Shown: piece by piece, positions 14,704 through 26,759 of the stretch | Layout: every line of letters begins with the position of its first letter | Numbering within the stretch: the stretch's first letter is position 1 | Position numbers and translations under genes: made by a program | NCBI GenBank assembly: GCA_002269645.1 | Contig: NIVC01001584.1 | Coordinates: forward strand, 62,001-126,000 | Reading direction: 5' to 3' | Source: Macrostomum lignano | Taxonomy: Eukaryota | DNA length: 64,000 nt | The notes under the pieces: generated by a model | What the model saw: only the letters and a program-made list of their open reading frames with translations | What the model was told of the DNA's origin: nothing | Database searches by the model: none

Positions 14704-15539
14704 CAGTGTTCAGAGTATGGAGAAAATTCGCACTTGGCACAAAAATGGCTCAGACAAGCGCAAATCCGCAAATTCTGAAGCCATGGCGCAAATTTTTTGG
14801 CTCCTCAATGGCGCGAATTTTTAAGCCCTTTTTCATCTAATTGCCTATACACACAGCAAATTTTGCTGCTTTTTTCTACTTGTCTGTCACTTCTGTGTTT
14901 ATTAAAGTTCCCAAGATCACCACTAAAGCCAGAGCCAATTAACATTCCTTCATCCTTCCTTGTTCCCTGATCCATTCGGCGTTCCCCCACTTTATTGCAT
15001 CTCCAAGTATTTTCTGTCCTTTCATCAGTTGCAGACTTTACTCTGTCACAACCATTCTTGCTTAGGCCCTTAGCATAGGCTCTGTCTTTTTCTAGGGGCT
15101 TGTTGAATCCTGTTTTACAAGTACCAACCTACAGGAAATCTTCATTCTCTCACAATTTTCAAGTACTGCTTGTCCTTTGCTTTGTATGGGAACTACTTTG
15201 CATTGGTCAGTGCTGTTTTCCGGTACAATATATCGCCTATTCTACTGTGTGCTATGCAATGTAGTCAGGCATATGTTTAGGATGTGGGTTAAATGATGGA
15301 GTCCTTGCCTGTAATCATTTTTGCATTTTTCCAGCTGTGGATTTATTTTTGTTTATGTAAAATGTGCTGCAAAAATGAGTACAGGAACTTAGGCACTGAA
15401 AATACTTTTAAGGGCTAAAATTTGAACACTACCGGGATTTACCTGTTGTTTTCAGTAGACTACGCCCCTAGGCATACTCACAGGTGCGAAAATTTACCCC
15501 AGGCACAAAAAATTGCAGGACCCCCCACTCCGAACACTG
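14704..15539. mobile_element. Non-autonomous hAT-type DNA transposon
   Basis: TIRs CAGTGTTCAGAGT / ACTCCGAACACTG. Perfect 8-bp TSD TATAGGTC at 14696-14703 and 15540-15547. Confidence 0.85.
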
Positions 15540-16631
15540 TATAGGTCATCATTAGGGCAATAAAGAAAATTGAAAATTGAATAAACAGTTAAATAAATTT
15601 ACATGTATTTAATTAAATTAATCATATAAATTAAATGTATATACTGTTTGGTTGAAGCAATTTCAAATAGAAGAAAGAGAGCAAATAGTGCAATAACGTA
15701 GATTACAAGCTAAAGCATGCTGAGTTGGCAGCTGGCACCCCCATAGCTAGCTGGCAGTTTAGGCTTGGGTTTTGATCTTTGATATACATAGCCTCTAAGA
15801 TGTTTAAAGTGTGCTCATGGTAGCAGGAATAAATAATCTTTAATAAATCAATAGGTTTGCTGTTATAGCATGAGTCTCATATGAGAAAGTGCTCCTGTAC
15901 AGTAGATCTTTTGGTCCAATGCTCCTTGACCTTGGTATGCAAGTGTTGCTTAGTTTTTCCAATTTATAAAATACTCTGGTCACCAGAGCAATGAAACTTA
16001 TAAAACAACACTTGCATTAAAAGGTTAAGGCACACGTGACTTCAAGTTGCAGATATACTACCTAGACACTTCTGTGCAAAACATGATTCTAAGCTGAACA
16101 TTGAGGCTTTTTTGAAATCAGAGCACAGGCCAAAAAATGGCAACATAATTATAAGGCAGTTAGTTTCTTTAGCATTATCCTCCTAAGTGCTCTTTTGATT
16201 TGTCAGCTTGTTATTTAAAAACTGGTTCACAATGCGAGACACATAGTTCCTGGGTAACCATTCCCAATGAAATGGCCAGTAAGCTGTTCCACTTCATCAT
16301 GCAACAGTTTCAAGTCATCTATGTATTGTTTGTAAAACCGAGGCGCACACAAGAGGGCTATCCAGTCTTTTTCCCAATGGGCCATGCAAAGATTAGCCAG
16401 GGTGGGGCAAGAGGGCTGCCCATGGCACAGCCATCAATTTGCTTGTAGTACCTATCCCCAAACAGAAAGATACCAGAAGTAGCAAATCTGAGCATCTTTT
16501 TAAAGACAGTCTTCTGAAAAGGCAGATGATCTGGGCGCTTGTAAACCAGGTCAGTAGCCAGCTCGAGGAGTCCAGGCTGTCACCAACCTCTCGCTACAAA
16601 CCTTCTATCACGGAACTAATTACTCTGCAGC

Positions 16632-17310
16632 ATGGCTGAAATCGACTCCGGGGTGAGTAGGTGCCTCCAATCGAAAGACCTGCTGGGTAAAAAGGTTCTG
16701 GCACCTGATAGCTTTTGGCATCAATTGATTTCTGAATTTGATCGTTTTCTCTATAATGCTCAGGGTTATGTTAACTCGATTAGAAATAGACTTTTTCACC
16801 AAGCAATGAGCAAACTGAAGAAAAATGATAGTATCAAAGTTGTTAGTTATGACAAAGGCTATGGTGTTGCCATTATGGATAGTACTGATTACATTGACAA
16901 GCTTGAAAATATGGTGCATGATGGTCAGAAATTCCATTGCCTTGGGATGGTTGAGGTCATGTTGATTGTTGATGCATCCCGTGCTTAAAAGCGAGAGATC
17001 TCTGCAAACGTTCCTTAGAACAAACGTTAAGCCTCACGTTGGTCCTGATAATTTTAAGCGTATTGCTCCTGGTAGCCAACGGTCAGCTCTACAGTTTGTG
17101 CAAAGTCCACAAGTGTGGCTACCGCTGAGTATGAACTTGCTAGGTCCCTTGATTCTCTTATCAAGCCCGTCATCCCTCATGAATTTAGAGTTTCCTCTAG
17201 TCGTGAATTTCTTGAATGCCTTACCGAAATCACTACCGGTTCTGCTGACAGACTTTTCAGTTTTGATGCTGTGTCTCTGTCCACCAATATCCCGCTGAAG
17301 TCTTTGTTCT
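16632..17310 (+). mobile_element. Degenerate Penelope-like element RT fragment
   Basis: Fragments IKVVSYDKGYGVAIMDSTDYIDKLENMV and YELARSLDSLIKP..VSSSREF..LFSFDAVSLSTNIPL match the Penelope RT patterns DKG..Y..K and SfDV.SLFTNiP. Several frameshifts. Confidence 0.8.
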
Positions 17311-17333
17311 CTCATTCATTAATATAAGCTAGT

Positions 17334-17446
17334 TAGTGGCGGATCTAGAAGTTCAAGGGCGCAAACTTTGGTTTTTGGTGGGCGCAATATGTTCCCTCAA
17401 TCTATTTCAGGAAGTGGCCCCCGCCCCACCCTAAAATCCGCCCCTG
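17334..17446. mobile_element. Short MITE-like element
   Basis: Inverted ends TAGTGGCGGAT / ATCCGCCCCTG; no clear TSD. Confidence 0.45.
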
Positions 17447-17523
17447 ATGGTAATATTATTTTAAGTTGATTGCCTCATTGTCTCAAAAAAGTGTTTTCAG
17501 CTTTCAATAGAACTGCAAATTCA

Positions 17524-20500
17524 ATGCTGCCAACTGAACCATCAGTTGAAGAGATTATTGATGAAGAGTGCTGCTTATCAGGTGCCTTCCTCTGTGCCTG
17601 GTCTGACGTCCTAGGGCCCAGCCTCCTGCACACCTGGTGCAAGCCAGGCACGTGGCAGTCTGAGCACACCCGTCAGCTCTATCAGCAGCTCAGCAAAATC
17701 TGTTTGAGCTGTCGAGTGGCTCAGCCTGCTAGCAATGCTGACTGCAGGAGAATTGCCCATCAGCTGCTGCACCTGCCAGCTCTGTCCGTGTCGCTGTTCT
17801 CCTTCACCTACGATTCCTTTGGCTGCTTCACCAGCTCAGCTGATCATGCTGCAGCTGTTCCAGCCGCAACAGCGTTTGTCCTGGTGTTCCCCCAGGCTGG
17901 GTACGCCCAGTTCTGCTTGCCCTGGCGACCGCTGGTCTGCGACTTCTTCGATAGGAATTTGCACCTGCTGAGAGCGAGGCACAGACTGGTACTGACAGGG
18001 TACTTTTGTAGCTTAGTAGCCAAGACCTTAACCAGATTCTCAATAGAGGGGCCTCCCAGATCTTCAGTTGCTGGGCAACCAGCCTCCCAGATCTTCAGTT
18101 GCTGGGCCAGCCTCCCAGATCTTCAGTTGCTGGGCCAGCCTCCCAGATCTTCAGTTGCTGGGCAACCAGCCTCGCAGATCCTCAGTTGCTGGGTCAGCCT
18201 CCCATATCTTCAGTTGCTGGGCAACCAGCCTCCCAGATCCTCAGTTGCTGGGCCAGCCTCCCAAATCCTCAGTTGCTGGGCCTTCAGCCTCCCAGATCCT
18301 CAGTTGCTGGGTCAGCCTCCCAGATCCTTATTTGCTGGGCAACCAGCCTCCCAGATCCTTATTTGCTGGGCAACCAGCCTCCCAGATCCTCAGTTGCTGG
18401 ACCACAAGCCTCCCAGATCCTCTGTTGCTGCGCCATAAGCCTCCCAGATCCTTAGTTGCTGGGCCAGCCTCCCAGATCCTTAGTTGCTGGGCCAGCCTCC
18501 CAGATCCTTATTTGCTGGGCAACCAGCCTCCCCGATCCTCAGTTGCTGGGCAACCAGCCTCCCCGATCCTCAGTTGCTGGACCACAAGCCTCCCAGATCC
18601 TCAGTTGCTGGGCCAGCCTCCCAGATCCTCAGTTGCTGGGCAATCAGCCTCCCAGATCCTCAGTTGCTGGGCAATCAGCCTCCCAGATCCTCAGTTGCTG
18701 GGCAATCAGCCTCCCAGATCCTCAGTTGCTGGACAACCAGCCTCCCAGATCCTCAGTTGCTGGACAACCAGCCTCTCAGATCCTCAGTTTCTGGGCTGCC
18801 AACCTCAGATCCTCAGCCACACATCAACTGAAACTATGCCACAGGGCCTGCAGCAGGCACTCAGTGACTATGGCACACTGATCGAGCGGTTTGCCGAGCT
18901 CACAGAGCAGCTGGAGGCCGGACGCCTGCCCGAGCCCGTGCCCCTCTGCCGCACCGCCTTGGCTCCGGATCGCAATGTTGAACCGTCATTTCTGGCCCGA
19001 GCCATCGAAGGTCACCTGAGCGCTCAAGGTCGCAGCCTGGTGATTGGTCGGGATCGGGAGCGAGTGAATCTGATGCTGATGACCCTGGCGCTGTTTAATA
19101 CTCCGGCTGAGAGGGCCTGCTCTGCGCTGGTGGCAGCTCCAGAGGATTTCGGTGGCGGCGGCGTCGGGATGGGCGGATCGGATAGCGGGGGCCACTTCTT
19201 CCTGCAGGTGATTCAATGTGACTGATTAGGTTGCCTAGCAGTCCGCTGTGAAGATTCTATCAGACACAGATTAGCAATCCACCACATACATGCGCAACAG
19301 TCGGCCGAGTCGGCCGATCCGGCCGACCGATTTGGCGGCCAACCAAGGAAGTTGCAAAAATGCCTACCTGAATAAAAACCCAAGTAGTAGTACTAAGTAG
19401 CTGACGAGGCATTTTGGCTCAATAAGACAGTTATAGTTACTCCTGCCGTTTACCCAAAGTTGCGTTAATTTTGCTTTAGGGTTTTTTTACATGTAAGTCG
19501 CATTTTTGGCCAAAAACTACGTCGCATTTTTGTTAAAACTAAGTCGCATGGCCGACCAAATTTTGGGGGTTGCGCATGTATGATCCACCAGGCAGAGATT
19601 AGCAATCCATCAGACACAGATTAGCAATCCATCAGACACAGATTAGCAATCCACCAGGCAGAGATTAGCAATCCATCAGACACACAGATTAGCAATCCAT
19701 CAGACAGATTAGCAATCCATCAGACAGATTAGCAATCCATCAGACAGATTAGCAATCCATCAGACAGATTAGCAATCCATCAGACACACAGATTAGCAAT
19801 CCATCAGACAGATTAGCAATCCATCAGACTGTCACCCCACCACAATGCAGGGTGCAGCTCCGTCCACCCAAGGCTCCCCCAGCTCCCCAACCGCCACATC
19901 TGGCTCTGGCCACCCCTCCGAGCCGTCGGGTTTGAAATCCGGATTAGCAGTGACGGAGTCCGTGTGCTCGCCCGGCCATTGTCTGGCCTCGCCAAGGCCG
20001 CTGTGCATCGTTCAGCTGCGAGACCGCAGTGTCAGGCGCTGCTGCCTTCAGCCGCTGCACTCGCTGGCGCGCTACTGCGAACGGCGCGCCCTGCTTTGCG
20101 GCGGCGAGCGGCGCCGGTTCTCTCAGGCTGGCCTCGTGACCGGCCTCGCTGCCGCCTCCCCGGCCGCTGCCGGACACTCCGAGGTGAGCCGCCTCTGTCC
20201 GTGAGTGTCTCCTCCCTATGTGTCTTCTCCCTGCGTGTCTCCTCCCTGCGTGTCTCCTCCCTGCGTGTCTCCTCCCTACGTGCCTTCTTCCTGCGTGTCT
20301 CCTCCCTGCGTGTCTCCTCCCTGCGTGTCTCCTCCCTGCGTGTCTCCTCCCTGCGTGTCTCCTCCCTGCGTGTCTCCTCCCTGCGTGTCTCCTTCCTGCG
20401 TGTCTCCTCCCTTCATGTCTCCTCCCTGCGTGTCTTCTCCCTGCGTGTCTCCTCCCTGCATGTCTTCTCCGTGCATGTCCCCTCCCTGCGTGTCTCCTCA

Positions 20501-20895
20501 GCTCCCTGCGTGTCTCCTCCCTGCGTGTCTCCTCCCTGCGTGTCTCCTCCCTGCGTGTCTCCTCCCTGCGTGTCTCCTCCACCCTTACTATCTTATCCAC
20601 TCTTTCTCCCCAGGTGCAGCCCCTAGTACACCGGTTGTTGTCCCTGTCAGCCGGTCAGGCAGCCCAGCTCCGCCTGTTCCAGCAGCGCAGGGCCAAACAG
20701 GCTCGCCTGCTGCTCCACCTGACCGACCGCCTGCCGGACAGAATCCCCGCCGCAGTGGCCAAGCTGGGCTGCTCGCCTGCCGAAGTCCGCAGGCTGGTCA
20801 GCCTGGCCGAGACCCTGCGGCCCGGGGCGGCCGCCCTGCTTTATGGAGACCCCCGACTGCCCGGCGGTGCCTCGGAGTCTGAGGAGGCGCTCTGA
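17524..20895 (+). CDS. C9orf72: C9orf72 orthologue (DENN-like longin protein); exons about 17524-17988, 18845-19207, 19851-20183, 20614-20895
   Basis: Matches to the human C9orf72 sequence as I recall it: AFLCAWSDVLGPSLLHTW ~ ATFAYWDNILGPRVRHIW; FLARAIEGHLSAQGRSLVIG..VNLMLMTLALFNTPAERACS ~ FLLNAISSHLQTCGCSVVVG..VNKIVRTLCLFLTPAERKCS; FFLQ|G ~ LFVQG; LAETLRPGAAALLYGDP ~ LAEKIKPGLHSFIFGRP. Introns 2 and 3 have clean phase-0 GT-AG junctions. The intron 1 boundaries are uncertain (alternative 17999/18817). A 5' exon may exist (acceptor at about 17499). Confidence 0.88.
18051..18816. repeat. Intron-1 minisatellite, variable unit CAGCCTCCCAGATCCTCAGTTGCTGGGC(AAC)
   Basis: Visible directly; generates the overlapping repeat ORFs between 18068 and 18881. 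Confidence 0.95.
19256..19829. repeat. Intron-2 minisatellite (GATTAGCAATCCATCAGACA)n, interrupted by a MITE
   Basis: Visible directly. Confidence 0.92.
19285..19582. mobile_element. hAT-type MITE, 298 bp
   Basis: Perfect 14-bp TIR CATACATGCGCAAC. Perfect 8-bp TSD ATCCACCA at 19277-19284 and 19583-19590. A diverged partial copy lies at 59881-60078. Confidence 0.9.
20205..20580. repeat. Intron-3 15-bp minisatellite (CCTGCGTGTCTCCTC)n
   Basis: Visible directly. Confidence 0.95.
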
Positions 20896-20930
20896 CCCTG
20901 CTCACTGATGACTGACCTTGATGACTGTCT

Positions 20931-21600
20931 ACTCTCTCACTCACCACCCTCCCTCACTCACCACTCTCCCTCACTCACCACTCTCCCTCACTCACCACTC
21001 TCCCTCACTCACCACTCTCCCTCACTCACCACTCTCCCTCACTCACCACTCTCCCTCACTCACCACTCTCCATCACTCACCACTCTCCCTCACTCACCAC
21101 TCTCCATCACTCACCACTCTCCCTCACTGACCACTCTCCCTCACTGACCTCTCTTCCTCACTCACCACTCTCCCTCACTCACCACTCTCCCTCACTCACC
21201 ACTCTCCATCACTCACCACTCTCCCTCACTCACCACTCTCCATCACTCACCACTCTCCCTCACTCACCACTCTCCCTCACTCACCACTCTCCATCACTCA
21301 CCACTCTCCCTCACTGACCACTCTCCCTCACTGACCTCTCTTCCTCACTCACCACTCTCCCTCACTCACCACTCTCCCTCACTCACCACTCTCCATCACT
21401 CACCACTCTCCCTCACTCACCACTCTCCATCACTCACCACTCTCCCTCACTCACCACTCTCCCTCACTCACCACTCTCCCTCACTCACCACTCTCCCTCA
21501 CTCACCACTCTCCCTCACTGACCACTCTCCCTCACTGACCTCTCTTCCTCACTCACCACCCTCTCTCACCACTCTCCCTCACTGACCTCTCTTCCTCACT
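20931..21600. repeat. 17-bp minisatellite (CTCACTCACCACTCTCC)n downstream of C9orf72
   Basis: Visible directly. Confidence 0.95.
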
Positions 21601-21641
21601 CTATACTCCTCTCTCGCTCCTTAGCCTACTTCATCACTTAA

Positions 21642-24600
21642 AGGTGCCAATAACGCCAAAATCTACAAGATTAAAAACATTTTTACTGCAAATTTAATTT
21701 TAATTTTTGAACTAATTACCAATTATTTTAGTGTAATGTTACATGTAAGATTCAAATAGCAAAATCGGATTTTATCAATATTCAATTTTTGCATTTATTT
21801 TTAAACATCTGTTTCATGAGTCGTCTGCTTAAAATGCGTTATGCTTTAATAAGATTTGAAATTTGATTTTGAAAAGTTGATTTAAAATTAGTTGATCTAA
21901 CTGATTCAGTGAAACAAAAATATTGATCCAGTTTAATAAGTAAGCTAGTTATTTATTTCAAAAAAGTTATCAGCCAATTAGTTGGCTGCTGTGGCAGTCG
22001 GCATGGCCACTCATAAACTGGGGCAGATGGATGCTTACTAAAAATTGACGAAAACTTGTTTTACATTCGAGTTGTACTTTTAGAAGGAATTGACATCTCA
22101 GAAATTCCCCAGTGTTAGTTGTTAAGAACTTAATTAAGAAACTAATTAGTGGGCTATTCTGTTCGCTAAAATATCTTCAAACTTAAAAAATTCCAACCAG
22201 CACTAGGGCTTCAAACCTTAGTTCTGACATAATCCACTAGCTTATGAGCAATCACTACACTACACACATTTAATATTGATGATTGCCTTTAGCAGCCACT
22301 TCTAAGATTTTAGCAGCTTTTCATACATTTCTGCTGACCGCATCGCAACTCCTCTACCTACAAAACACGAGTTGCCTGTCGTTTCAGAGATAACATCAAG
22401 GCGCATACATCAAAATATGTTAACAAATTTTGCGGCTACTAGACGCCAAACTATACATTTTCACCTGTTCCTACAGGTAAACAAACAGGTATTGACACCT
22501 GCTAACTTAGGAATCAGTATTCAGAACTGATACAGTTGCATAGTCCGTCCAAGGTGCTGTTTATAGACACCAAACCTGAGTCTCTATGTCGCGCAAATGC
22601 AGAGTTATTAGTAAAGTTGTACTCAAAACTTGCCTAAAAACGGCCCTTTCAAAATTCAGAAGCAATATTCTCAAAAATACGAATTTTCTAGCCATGTTGG
22701 CGTATGACCAGTTACCGGTAAACTTCAGCGTTGGCTACTGCACTAAATTTAAAGTGCACAAAAATCCTTATTTTTCAACTTCAAAATTTGGTATCCACAA
22801 AAAGGGCCGTTGTTCAATAAACAGGTAAAAAGTACCTGTTAACAGGGGTTTTTTCCATGAGTGCCTTATGTCATTTGAACGAGTTTTTTCCTGGTTTCTA
22901 GGCCACTGCTCCGCAAGGATAGCTCCAAATGCTTAGTAAATCTAGGAACAAAAAGCTCCATATGAGTTACATGTATGCTTGACAAGTCATGTTAAAGTCT
23001 CAACACGGCAGCGTAAAATGGCTTCTCTAGTTTGAGGACTACTTTTTGAAAACGTGACCCAAATTGACACCTTTAGCCATATAGAGAAGCTATGAATGGC
23101 CCAGTAAAGCAGATTTCGGTGTTTCCGAATAGAGGGCATCCAGTAGAGCAATTTGGGTTAGAAAATTTTGAAAATAAAGTTTTTCATCTTTATAAAAAAT
23201 GTGTACTTTTAAAGTGCACATAGACAGTCATGTCAAAAGTATATTTTAGCGTAAAAAACTAAAGTGCTACAAAAAGCTTCAGGTGTTGTTGACGTAAGGC
23301 AGTACGTAAGGCCTGACGGAGGGATGGGCCAAGCGGCTACCGCATGGCTCAAACTTCCGCCTTGGTCTCCACCAACTGACCATCCTCCGCTGCCGGCCGA
23401 GCTCAGACTCCCGACGGCGGGGCACAAGGCGAAGGCAGCAGCCGTACCCCAGTCGCTGGGGAGGAGGGCGGTGTAGCGCGGCTAGGTGACTCACCTGCCG
23501 TGGGCGCCGTGTCCGCCTCCGCGGCGGCTGAGGAGACGGCTGAGCCTGAGCCAATGGAAATTGGCGACTCAACTCTCACCGATGAGGCTGATAATGAGTT
23601 GCTTTTCTCCTCCCCTGGACAGTAGACATGACTGTCTCCCAGGGCATCCACTACTTGCAGGTCAACCTGCAGCACAGCATTGCTGCTTCAGTCAACCTAT
23701 TGAAGCACACTGACCAAGACGCGCCAGGGATTATCCTTATCCAGGAACCTTGGACGCTAAGGGGCAGGCCCCAACATGTCCCCACCGGCTACCAGTGTTT
23801 AACCGCTGGCACCCGGGAGGGAAACCTGACACCAAGATCCTGCATCATGGTGTCCAGTTCTATTAACGCATGGCTCAGATCGGACCTGTCTACCAGGGAC
23901 ATCTGTGTCATCCAGTCTGAAGACATACTCCCTGGGAGGACTACCCTCATCGCCTCGGTCTATACCTACCGGGCGACGGCGAGATGATCCCAGTAGAGCT
24001 TGTCACACTGGTCGAGCTCTGCTCCACCAGGAATTATGAGCTACTTGTGGCAGGCGATATCAACGCCCACCTCACCCACTGGGGCAGTTCTGATATTAAC
24101 CAGAGAGGTGAAGACTTCCTGGCTTATATCACTACTACAACCCTTGAGTTCTGTAACTCGGGTAATACCCCTACTTTCAATAACGGACGCCGATCGGAGG
24201 TGCTGGATGCCACCCTCGCCACGCTTCCAGAGTACTAGGGAGTGGCGGGTGCTTTCTGAGGCGTCCCTCTCCGATCACAAGTTCATCTCCACGCTGGCCA
24301 GCGCCCGAAACGCAGGCCAGCTTTACTGGAAACGGAATGCAAGGAATACCGACTGGACCGCCATCAGGCTTGCTCTGGAGGAGACCTATCGTTGCACTAG
24401 CGCTCCAGTCTCCATCAACAGTTGCGAGGAAGCAGATGAATTTGCGGCCGCACTTACGGACTCGCTCACTGCTGCCTTCGAAGCCTCATGCCCACTAAAT
24501 GCATATAAAGGCAAACAGTCGGCCCCATGGTGGAACCCGCAGCTTGGCGACCTCCGTCGCAGAGCCAAAAGGCTTCACCGCAGGCCCCAAAAAACTAAAA

Positions 24601-26759
24601 ACCTGGCCGACCAAACCGCCTACCTGAACTCTATCCACGAGTTCAAGAGGCAGGTTAGGAACGCCAAAACCAACAAGTGGCGCGAATACTGTGAGGAACT
24701 TGAGGGCTCCCGCCCCACCTCCAGAATCGTTAAAGTCCTCACCCTGGACAAAATGTCCAAACTCTCCTCAGTCAAGAGAGCCGACGGCTCGCTCACTGAG
24801 AACCCAGGAGGAACACTGGAAGCGATGCTAACAGCGTTTTTCCCGAACGAGCCAGCCAGGCCCGACCCCCCCCCCTGACCACTCAGTGGGCGGTCACGTA
24901 CTGGCTGACTCAATCATCACGGAGGACCGCGTTACTAAAGCAGTCTCCTTCAACCCTTTAAATCCCCAGGACCGGACGGCATTGTGCAAGCTTTCCTGCG
25001 AGAGGCGGTGAAATGCACCGGTTTCCTGCGTTACTTACGCCGGCCTGGTCTGGACCAGCGCCTTGCAGATTAAAACATGCAACGAAGCCCTTAAAAAGGT
25101 GCAGGGACGCGCGTGCCGCATGATTCTGAATGCCCCGCTCTCTGCTCCCTTTGACGGCCTCAACGCCTTCCTTTGCCTCCCGCCTCTGGACATCTTTGTC
25201 CGTCGCGAGGCTGCTAAAACCACCAGCCGGCTCATCGAGGCTGGCGTTAGCTTCAAGCCACAAAGAGCGATGGCGGAGCGCTAGCTCCTGCCTCACTCTG
25301 ACCTGTGCCTTAAAGTTCTGGAGGAGAGCGGGAGTGCGGCTGTCCTTTCGGACGCTGAGCCGCGCTCCCTAAATCTCTAACAACGCTTTAAGGTCACTAT
25401 CCCCGCCAGGGAGAACGCCAACGACAGCTGGGCCCCTCAGGAGGTTCACTGCTTCATTGACGGATCCTCCAAAGACGGTTTATCCGGCTTTGGAGTCTGT
25501 ATCCTTATCAACGGCCGCGTGATCGCTACTCACGCCCAACACACTGGCAGACTCTCCAGCGTCTTCCAGAACGAAATCCTTGCCATCAGCTCCTGTGCAG
25601 CTGAGCTCCACTGCAGGGACTTCAAGGACAGAGGAATCTTCTTCCACTCTGACAGCCAGGCCGCTTTACAGGCCCTGTGTCACACCACTACGAACTCCCG
25701 AACAGTCCGCGACTGTACCGGGCAGCTCAACAAGCTGGCTTGGAGGAACACCGTCCGGCTCACGTGGATCCCAGGACACACTGGGTTCAAAGGTAACGAG
25801 CTCGCCGACTCCCTCGCCAAGGCGGGTAGTTCTGGCTCGCTCCTTGGCCCTGTGCCCCTGGCCCCCATCCCCGCCACGGTCATTAATCGTGAGACATCCT
25901 GCACTAAAGCAGATGGGGTGGCATTTCCAACTGCCGCCAGTCCCGTGCTGCAGTGCCCAATTCATCCCTCAAGCTGCGGAGAATCCTTTTGAATCAAAAT
26001 CGAAAAGATATCCGCGCTCTCATAATGACCTTCACAGGTCACGGTTGCTTTGCCAGGCACTGCTTTCTCCGAAGTGTTCGCCGGAGCGAACTCTGCCCTT
26101 TCTGCAACCTCGAGAACGAAGACGCCAAGCACTTCGTCTGCTACTGCCCGGCCCTCAAACGAGACCGGCTCAACCACCTCGGGCCCAACCCGTCCCTGGA
26201 CGACGCTTGCCGGCCCGAGAACATCCCACGGCTCATCCGGTTCCTCCGGGCTACCAAACGAGCCTCCGTCTTCCCCACCGAAGACAACGCTGCAGACAGG
26301 ACCGGCAGACCTCCCTGACCGGCCCCGCGCCCTAGCCTTTGCGGGTCTTCTCAGGGATTAGTGGAATGGGCGACGCTCGCCTCCCCGCTGCGTCTTCGGA
26401 CCGCCCTGCAGCTAAGTCAAGTAAGTCAAGGCAGTACGTACGGGCCAAGTTGAAAAAAGACCATTTTTTCGACATTAAAAAACAAGTTTTTGTACTGTTA
26501 GCCCAGATTTTTAGTATATGGAAAGAAGATAAAGTGCGAGACAAAAATCCATTTTATATCATTTTAGCTTGGATGCCCGTGTTTACTGACGCAGCTCGCT
26601 AAGCGCTGCCATATTTTCCTGCCCCTATAATTGAGATCAACGTTTTTGACAACCCAACGCCATGGCAACCAAACACTGTGGATCTGGTAGCCGCAGGTGT
26701 TTGACGAATTTTAGCGAAAACCGTTTGTAAATTCGTCATGCCATTTAAAATGGCACCGT
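21642..26759. mobile_element. Possible Kolobok-like non-autonomous DNA transposon hosting the LINE insertion
   Basis: Ends TTAA|AGGTGCCA ... TGGCACCGT|TTAA (TTAA target, imperfect short TIR). The TIR is short, so the call is tentative. Confidence 0.35.
23309..26427 (+). mobile_element. I/LOA-group LINE (APE endonuclease, RNase H, CCHC knuckle) with the RT core deleted
   Basis: 13-bp TSD AAGGCAGTACGTA at 23296-23308 and 26428-26440, and a 3' tail of AAGT(C) repeats. APE motifs LQVNLQH, ILIQEPW, AGDINAH, GNTPTF and SDHKFI. KSPGPDGI is followed almost immediately by VTYAGLVW. RNase H motifs FIDGS, QNEILAI, HSDSQAAL and WIPGHTG..GNELAD. C-terminus TGHG..CPFC..HFVCYC. Several frameshifts and stops. 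Confidence 0.92.

Noticed and set aside
19590-19830. CRISPR-like appearance of regularly spaced repeats (also 9957-10060 and 60883-61200)
   Set aside because: The units are head-to-tail with no unique spacers, there are no cas genes, and the context is eukaryotic.
18068-21147. Repeat-peptide ORFs (PPRSSVAG, CVSPP, RRHAG, LTHHSP) as separate genes
   Set aside because: They are minisatellites inside or just after the C9orf72 gene; several frames and both strands are open because of repeat composition.
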